From assembly GCA_038046625.1 (NCBI GenBank), contig JBBSVV010000050.1, positions 1 to 30,266 on the forward strand: a DNA stretch of 30,266 bases, written 5' to 3'. Under the pieces are notes generated by a model, which was not told the DNA's origin, did not search any database, and saw only the letters and a program-made list of their open reading frames with translations. A program made the position numbers and the translations under genes. The DNA is from an archaeon. Lineage in GTDB: Archaea; Iainarchaeota; Iainarchaeia; Iainarchaeales; Iainarchaeaceae. Numbering within the stretch: position 1 is the first letter of the stretch; each line of letters opens with the position of its first letter. This document shows positions 25,342-30,266 of the stretch, in pieces.

Positions 25342-26061
25342 TCACAACAGCATGTGCGCGAGGTAAAACCTTATCTCGCTGGCCCCTATTTTATAGCTCA
25401 CCTTCATCGGGGAGTCGCTCTTGAGCTCAAGCGCCACTATTGAATCGGCATCGGCCTCCCTGATTATGTTCTGCAGGAAATTAAGCGAATACTTCGAGAC
25501 AACGTCCTCCTTTGAAACAACCTTCACGCCTTTTGACTGCGAGGAAGAATTCAATGTGCCCGCGGAGCCCTTCGCATCGAGAAAAAACTTGTCGCCTTTC
25601 GTGCGGATGACCACGCTCGAACTGAAAAGCGACGCGTCCTTCAGCGCTTCCTTAAGGAGGCGGGAATTGATTTCTATGTGCGCACCATATCCGGATTCCG
25701 GCAGCTTGAGTTCCTCGTCAGAAACGTCAATCAGGGGAAGCCTGAACGAGCGCTCAAGCTCGCCGCTGAGGCTCACCAATAACTCTGAATCCGTGATGTC
25801 AATGGTTATGCTGTCGCTCGGAAGCGCCCTCGCAAGTATTTTTCCCAATTCGAGTATGTTCACGCCTATGAAGCACGGCTCTATGGAATATGAGCCAAAC
25901 AGCTTCTTGTCCACGAAAAAGTCGACCAATAGAATCTGGCTCGGGTCAATCGCGCGGAAATGCACGCCCTTGTCGTTGAAGCGGAAATTGCCTTCAGGAA
26001 TGAAAGAGGAAATTGCCTCCACCCCAGATTTGAAAAATGCGGCGTCCTTAAGCTCTATCAA
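25342..26061 (-). CDS. pcn: PCNA (sliding clamp) paralogue 2, divergent
   Basis: EGNFRF, RAIDPSQILLVD, RSFRLPLID, SKYSLNFL, ELKSDSPMKVSY and FYLAH motifs. TTG start. Confidence 0.88.
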   Translation of the reverse strand: MIELKDAAFFKSGVEAISSFIPEGNFRFNDKGVHFRAIDPSQILLVDFFVDKKLFGSYSIEPCFIGVNILELGKILARALPSDSITIDITDSELLVSLSGELERSFRLPLIDVSDEELKLPESGYGAHIEINSRLLKEALKDASLFSSSVVIRTKGDKFFLDAKGSAGTLNSSSQSKGVKVVSKEDVVSKYSLNFLQNIIREADADSIVALELKSDSPMKVSYKIGASEIRFYLAHMLL

Positions 26062-26126
26062 GTTTTACCCCAAAGAATTGAACCCCACTATATGGTTTAA
26101 ATCTTTTTGTTACACAACAATTTCGG

Positions 26127-26192
26127 CTGTTGGGAGCGAGTACCATCTTCGCCTTAGGGCTCGATGGTAAAAACGCGGCCCCAAGGCAACAG
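26127..26192. promoter_or_regulatory. Long hairpin in the leader of rpiB
   Basis: taccatc/gatggta core at 26141-26169, and outer ctgttg/caacag pairing that reaches the SD-like GGGTGA. TATA-like TTTAAA near 26096-26101. Confidence 0.55.
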
Positions 26193-26201
26193 GGTGAAAA
26201 A

Positions 26202-26654
26202 ATGAAGGTTTATCTAGGTTCGGATCACGCGGGCTATAAGCTCAAGGAATACGTGCAAAAGCACCTACTACAGAAAAAGGGCTTTGAAACTGTTGATTTG
26301 GGCACGCATTCGGAAGACTCCGTTGATTACCCGGATTTTGCGGAAAAAGTGGCCGAAAAAGTGATGCAAGGCAAAAATGCTTTCGGGATTCTCATGTGCG
26401 GCACAGGAATAGGCATGAGCATCAGCGCGAACAAAATCAAAGGAATCAGAGCCGCGGTAGTTTACGACAGATACACCGCGAGAGTTGCGCGCGAACACAA
26501 TAACGCGAACATAATCTGTCTCGGCGGAAAAACCACGAAAACTCCGGAAGCGGCAAAAATTCTCGATGCTTTTTTCTCCGCAAAAAAGCCTTTGAAAGGC
26601 TCGAGGCACGCGAGAAGGGTAAAAAAGATTGGCGCGCTGGAAAAAAATTGCTGA
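26202..26654 (+). CDS. rpiB: Ribose 5-phosphate isomerase B
   Basis: GSDHAG, VDYPDFA, CGTGIGMSISANK..GIRAA, AREHNNAN and RHARRV motifs. Confidence 0.95.
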   Translation: MKVYLGSDHAGYKLKEYVQKHLLQKKGFETVDLGTHSEDSVDYPDFAEKVAEKVMQGKNAFGILMCGTGIGMSISANKIKGIRAAVVYDRYTARVAREHNNANIICLGGKTTKTPEAAKILDAFFSAKKPLKGSRHARRVKKIGALEKNC

Positions 26655-26704
26655 AACCAATCCTGAACTCTTTTTGATAAACAAAAGTGCTGCACGAATT
26701 CGAA

Positions 26705-27451
26705 TCAATCCGACTCTATTCTCGGCGCGAGGAAATAAGTGAGCTTTCCCTCCCCCACGGAATAAGAAATTTCAACCGGCGCATTGGACTTGAGCTTTAC
26801 AAGGACTTCGGTGTCGGAAGATGCCGCCTTCACTATGTTCGAGAGGTAATCAAGAGGGAACATCGCCCTTGTTTCCTCCCCGGCCTTGAGGGAAACCATC
26901 TGCTCATCCTTCTGCGCATAAACGTTTTCCACGTTCCCCTTGCTGGAGTTTGCCTTCACAACGAACGAATCGTTTTCAACCGAAAGCACCACGTGCGTTG
27001 AAATCAGCGCGGCATCCTTGAAGCTGTCCTGCAGGGCGCCCGCCATTATCTTCACTTCCGAATCAAAGTCGATGCGCGGCATCGGCAAGTCGGCACCGCC
27101 CAGGTTAAGGAGCGGAATCGAGAAAGTCCTCTTCGAGCCGCCCGCAAAAATCACGGAAAGCTTTGAATTGTCATTCCCAATCGCCAAAGCAAGGGAATCA
27201 TTGGCCTTTGCGCGCGACATCACCTGGCTGAAATAATTCAAATCCACGCCAAGCTTCACTAGTTCGTGAAAATCAAAAACCTTGAAGGCCTTTTTCGGCA
27301 GCACAAAATCAACGAGCGAAATCTGCGAGGCATCGGTTGCCTTGAGGCTCAAACCATTGGCATCAACAACGAATTCGGCCTCGTCAACGAGCACGGATAT
27401 TCCCTCCACAAACTTCTTGAAAACGGAGGCATTTCCATACACGAGGTTCAA
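26705..27451 (-). CDS. pcn: PCNA (sliding clamp) paralogue 1
   Basis: LVDEAEF, KATDASQISLVD, KRTFSIPLL, MFPLDYL and a canonical C-terminal FLAPRIE. Confidence 0.93.
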   Translation of the reverse strand: MNLVYGNASVFKKFVEGISVLVDEAEFVVDANGLSLKATDASQISLVDFVLPKKAFKVFDFHELVKLGVDLNYFSQVMSRAKANDSLALAIGNDNSKLSVIFAGGSKRTFSIPLLNLGGADLPMPRIDFDSEVKIMAGALQDSFKDAALISTHVVLSVENDSFVVKANSSKGNVENVYAQKDEQMVSLKAGEETRAMFPLDYLSNIVKAASSDTEVLVKLKSNAPVEISYSVGEGKLTYFLAPRIESD

Positions 27452-27484
27452 ATCAACACCAGAAACATTGCAAAACGGAATCCT

Positions 27485-28414
27485 TTAAAAACCGTTCATG
27501 GGAGAAAGCGCCTCGCGCTGATCAGGGGATGAAAACGCGCACCCGAGCAAATCCACCTTGCCCTTAAGGGAAATGCCAAGGCAATTGAAGAACCACGGCA
27601 AATCATCAAAAATGAGGAGCTTCGCATAACCTATCAAAGGAACATGGAAAAGATAAACACCCTTTACCGAACCGGCTGAAACCGGGTTCACGGTTATGCA
27701 GTTGTAGGCAGAGCCCGTTTTGCCGCAGTCCTCGTCAATCCGGTTATTGTTGTCCCCAAGAGTAATCAGGAAATTCCCGTCGGAAGCATGCAGCAGCAAA
27801 ACCCCGCGATGGATGATGTCGCGCTTCAGCAGCGGCGAGTAATAAACCACTATCGGCCCCTTGAAATCCAACCCGTATTCATTGCCGCTTATTTTCAGTG
27901 CCGAAGGCCTCAGCCTGCCGAAAGCATTTATGGAGTAACCCACCTCCGCAAAATCCGAAAGGGTTTTGCCGGCAACCGCAAAATCGAGCGCCGCGGAACC
28001 CATTGAAAAGTTTTTGGAGCCCGAAAGCAGGACTATGTCGCCGCGGTAAAGCGTGGGCTCCATCGAGCCCGAGTAAACAATCATTAAAGGGGCATTCGAG
28101 CCCAGAAGAAACGCAAGGACGAAATTGTAAAGCACGAACGCGAAAAGAAACGCGGAGAGCAGATAAACGGACCACTTTACGGACTCGCTTTTCTCGAAAA
28201 AATAAAGGTACGCGTAAACCGCGCTCAGGAAAACAAAAACCATGGGCGGGTTCGCGGTGATTAAAGAGACCAAAATCAGGAGCGCGGCGTAGCTCGCGAA
28301 AAAAACAAGCAACTGAATTTTTTTGGGAGCAGCCTCGATTTTAGGGAGTACAAATTTGTCCACGTAAGTGAACGGGTCAAGCCACTTGAGTTTTTCCTTC
28401 AACGCGCGCAGCAT
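27485..28414 (-). CDS. Signal peptidase I, archaeal/ER (S26B, Sec11-like) type
   Basis: VYSGSMEPTLYRGDIV, IIHR, GDNN and VPLIGY motifs, with N-terminal TM helices. Confidence 0.88.
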   Translation of the reverse strand: MLRALKEKLKWLDPFTYVDKFVLPKIEAAPKKIQLLVFFASYAALLILVSLITANPPMVFVFLSAVYAYLYFFEKSESVKWSVYLLSAFLFAFVLYNFVLAFLLGSNAPLMIVYSGSMEPTLYRGDIVLLSGSKNFSMGSAALDFAVAGKTLSDFAEVGYSINAFGRLRPSALKISGNEYGLDFKGPIVVYYSPLLKRDIIHRGVLLLHASDGNFLITLGDNNNRIDEDCGKTGSAYNCITVNPVSAGSVKGVYLFHVPLIGYAKLLIFDDLPWFFNCLGISLKGKVDLLGCAFSSPDQREALSPMNGF

Positions 28415-28458
28415 CGCAAAGCACACAGCAATAAAAGGAAGCAATCAGGCGAAAAAAA

Positions 28459-28734
28459 TTATTTGATGGACTTGGAAACCTTTTTGCCGAAATCATCAAG
28501 GTCTTCCTCAATTGCCTTGGCGGCGTCTTCGAGAGCCTTTTTCGGCGATTTTCCCTTTGTCTTCACGATGAACTTTGCATTCTTGCCCATCGGGTGCTCG
28601 AGAATGTACGAGGCGAATTCAACCGACTTGTCCTCAAGGAGCTTTTCCTTCAAAAGGTTCGGGAATGTGTGGCGCTCGCCCTCAAGCCTGAATTCCGCGG
28701 TTTCCTTGCCGCTCCTGATCACTTCAATCTTCAT
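28459..28734 (-). CDS. rpoL: DNA-directed RNA polymerase subunit L (Rpo11)
   Basis: GERHTFPNLL and VEFASYILEHP motifs, with SD GAGGT upstream. Confidence 0.95.
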   Translation of the reverse strand: MKIEVIRSGKETAEFRLEGERHTFPNLLKEKLLEDKSVEFASYILEHPMGKNAKFIVKTKGKSPKKALEDAAKAIEEDLDDFGKKVSKSIK

Positions 28735-28745
28735 GCAAACCAACC

Positions 28746-29312
28746 TCACTTCAAAGCATAATCGCTTGAAATCTTTCTTTCTTCCATCGCGCCAGTAACC
28801 GGATCCCTAAGGCGCCCGTCAATGAGAATCAACGGCTTCCTGGATTTTACCCCGAAGGCCTTTATCACGCCCAAATCATTGGACTTGGTCTCGAGCTCAA
28901 TGCCGTAGCGCGTGACTTCCAGAATGCGCGCCTTCACTATGTCGCCCATCCTGAACGCATCCTCGAGGTTGCGCACGTACTCGTTTGAAACATTGAAAAC
29001 CATTATGGAACCGTTCTGGTTGTGGACCACGAGGCGCTCGCCGTTCTTCTCGGCCTCAAGAATCTCGACCAAAACGGAGCTGCTCTTCACAGTGCTGACA
29101 AGGGCAATCACAATCGCGCCCCTCTCAAGTATTTTAGTGGGGCGCGTGGCTTTCCGGACACTGGCCTCATGGGTTTTGGAATCAAGGCTCATGACGCCGA
29201 TGCTGTCCGAATAAACGCTTCCAGTTCCATCCTCAAAAGCATTTGAGCCCGCAAGGAACTCCTCCTCATACGACAAAAAAGTGCCGGGATAAACAAAAGA
29301 CTTTTCCTGCAA
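28746..29312 (-). CDS. csl4: Exosome complex RNA-binding protein Csl4
   Basis: VYPG..L..EEEF..G, S1 domain FRMGDIVKAR, LGVIKA and ERKIS motifs. Adjacent to rpoL. TTG start at 29312 is inferred. Confidence 0.88.
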   Translation of the reverse strand: MQEKSFVYPGTFLSYEEEFLAGSNAFEDGTGSVYSDSIGVMSLDSKTHEASVRKATRPTKILERGAIVIALVSTVKSSSVLVEILEAEKNGERLVVHNQNGSIMVFNVSNEYVRNLEDAFRMGDIVKARILEVTRYGIELETKSNDLGVIKAFGVKSRKPLILIDGRLRDPVTGAMEERKISSDYALK

Positions 29313-29397
29313 AAACAACCACTCCAAAAACCGGTTAATTCAATTAGAATTTTCCCCAGAAACCTATTTAAATCACTACGCCAGTAATCCTTGCGTT

Positions 29398-30266
29398 ATG
29401 GTCCTGGAATCCATCATAAACGTGAATATAGCCGAAAAACGGCCCGTTTACCTATTTTTCCTGGCTTTTGTGGTTTCAACCGTTTCAATGTTTGCGGCGT
29501 ACAACCTCTTCCCCGAAAGCTCCTCCGTGCTCAAAATAGCGTTCATAACAGTCGCATTCATGCCCATACTGCACGCGCTCTACCTCAGGGAGGAGCAGGT
29601 TGAGGTGGACGAAAACGACGTTCCGTTTGCATTCATTTCAACGCATTTCGAGGTAATACACATTTACGGCTGGATTTTCCTGGGCATGATGGTTTCCTTC
29701 GCGCTCTGGACGGCAGTGCTTCCCGAAACTACGCAGAACTGCACAGGAGCGCAATGCATGCTCCCGCCAAAATCGATTGTTTTTTCTGAACAGGAAAAAG
29801 TGCGCTACGGCATAACCGGAAAAGTCATAGGCGAACAGGAATGCTTCTCGGACGGCACAAAAAGCTTTGAACAGTGCTTCGGGCTCATATTCACGAACAA
29901 CCTCTGGGTCCTCGTGCTCGCAATATTATTCTCATTCATCTGGGGCGCGGGCGCGATATTCCTGCTCGGGTGGAACGCCTCGGTAATCGGGTTCTTCATA
30001 GGAACCGAAATAACGCAAAAAAGCCTGGTTGCGGGAATCGAGCGCGGCATAAGTTATTTGCCGCACGGCATACCTGAAATAACCGCCTACTTCATCGCGG
30101 CAATAGCCGGAGGAATAATATCCGCGGCAATCTCGAAGCAGCAGTTCAAGAAACACGAAATAAGGATAGTGATTCTGGACACGATACTCCTGATACTTTT
30201 GGGCGCGATAATGCTGTTCATCGGCGCGTTCATCGAGACCGCGGAAATATTCGCTTACTGGGACGC
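29398..30266 (+). CDS. SpoIIM/DUF95-family membrane protein, 3'-truncated by the window edge (absent from ORF track)
   Basis: Open frame from ATG 29398 (MVLESIINV...) to the window end, with IFTNN, GAGAIFLLGWNASVIG, LPHGIPEITAYFIAAIAGGIIS and GAFIE motifs. Confidence 0.88.
   Translation, partial: MVLESIINVNIAEKRPVYLFFLAFVVSTVSMFAAYNLFPESSSVLKIAFITVAFMPILHALYLREEQVEVDENDVPFAFISTHFEVIHIYGWIFLGMMVSFALWTAVLPETTQNCTGAQCMLPPKSIVFSEQEKVRYGITGKVIGEQECFSDGTKSFEQCFGLIFTNNLWVLVLAILFSFIWGAGAIFLLGWNASVIGFFIGTEITQKSLVAGIERGISYLPHGIPEITAYFIAAIAGGIISAAISKQQFKKHEIRIVILDTILLILLGAIMLFIGAFIETAEIFAYWD

Overview
Archaeal chromosomal DNA, most consistent with a DPANN lineage such as Iainarchaeota/Diapherotrites. 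That placement is an inference from separate PriS and PriL genes, the S-layer type, archaeal TATA/SD signals and orphan genes with basic N-termini. The left half holds translation and housekeeping genes (ABC-F ATPase, D-2-hydroxyacid dehydrogenase, rpl10e, dph2, pyrH, aRF1, an alpha/beta hydrolase, truD). A cell-surface block follows (GT-C-like membrane protein, CxxC protein, GT2, 1060-aa S-layer protein). The right half is a rearranged form of the conserved archaeal csl4-rpoL-pcn-priL-priS-gins-rps27e-aIF2a-PAC2 cluster, with two PCNA paralogues and no tfs, rpl44e or nop10. I found no cas gene, transposase, integrase, rRNA or canonical tRNA. The least explained signals are small or non-coding: (i) two Lys-rich micro-genes (12 aa and 47 aa) missed by the ORF track, each with the same TATA, a 5' hairpin and a strong SD; (ii) a 53-bp tandem array of hairpin modules next to the S-layer promoter; (iii) a 70-nt four-way-junction element ending in ACCA upstream of the EndoQ-like gene; (iv) a dispersed stem-GA/GA[AG] hairpin motif, one copy of which sits in-frame inside priL. 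All calls come from reading motifs by eye; no searches or folding computations were run.
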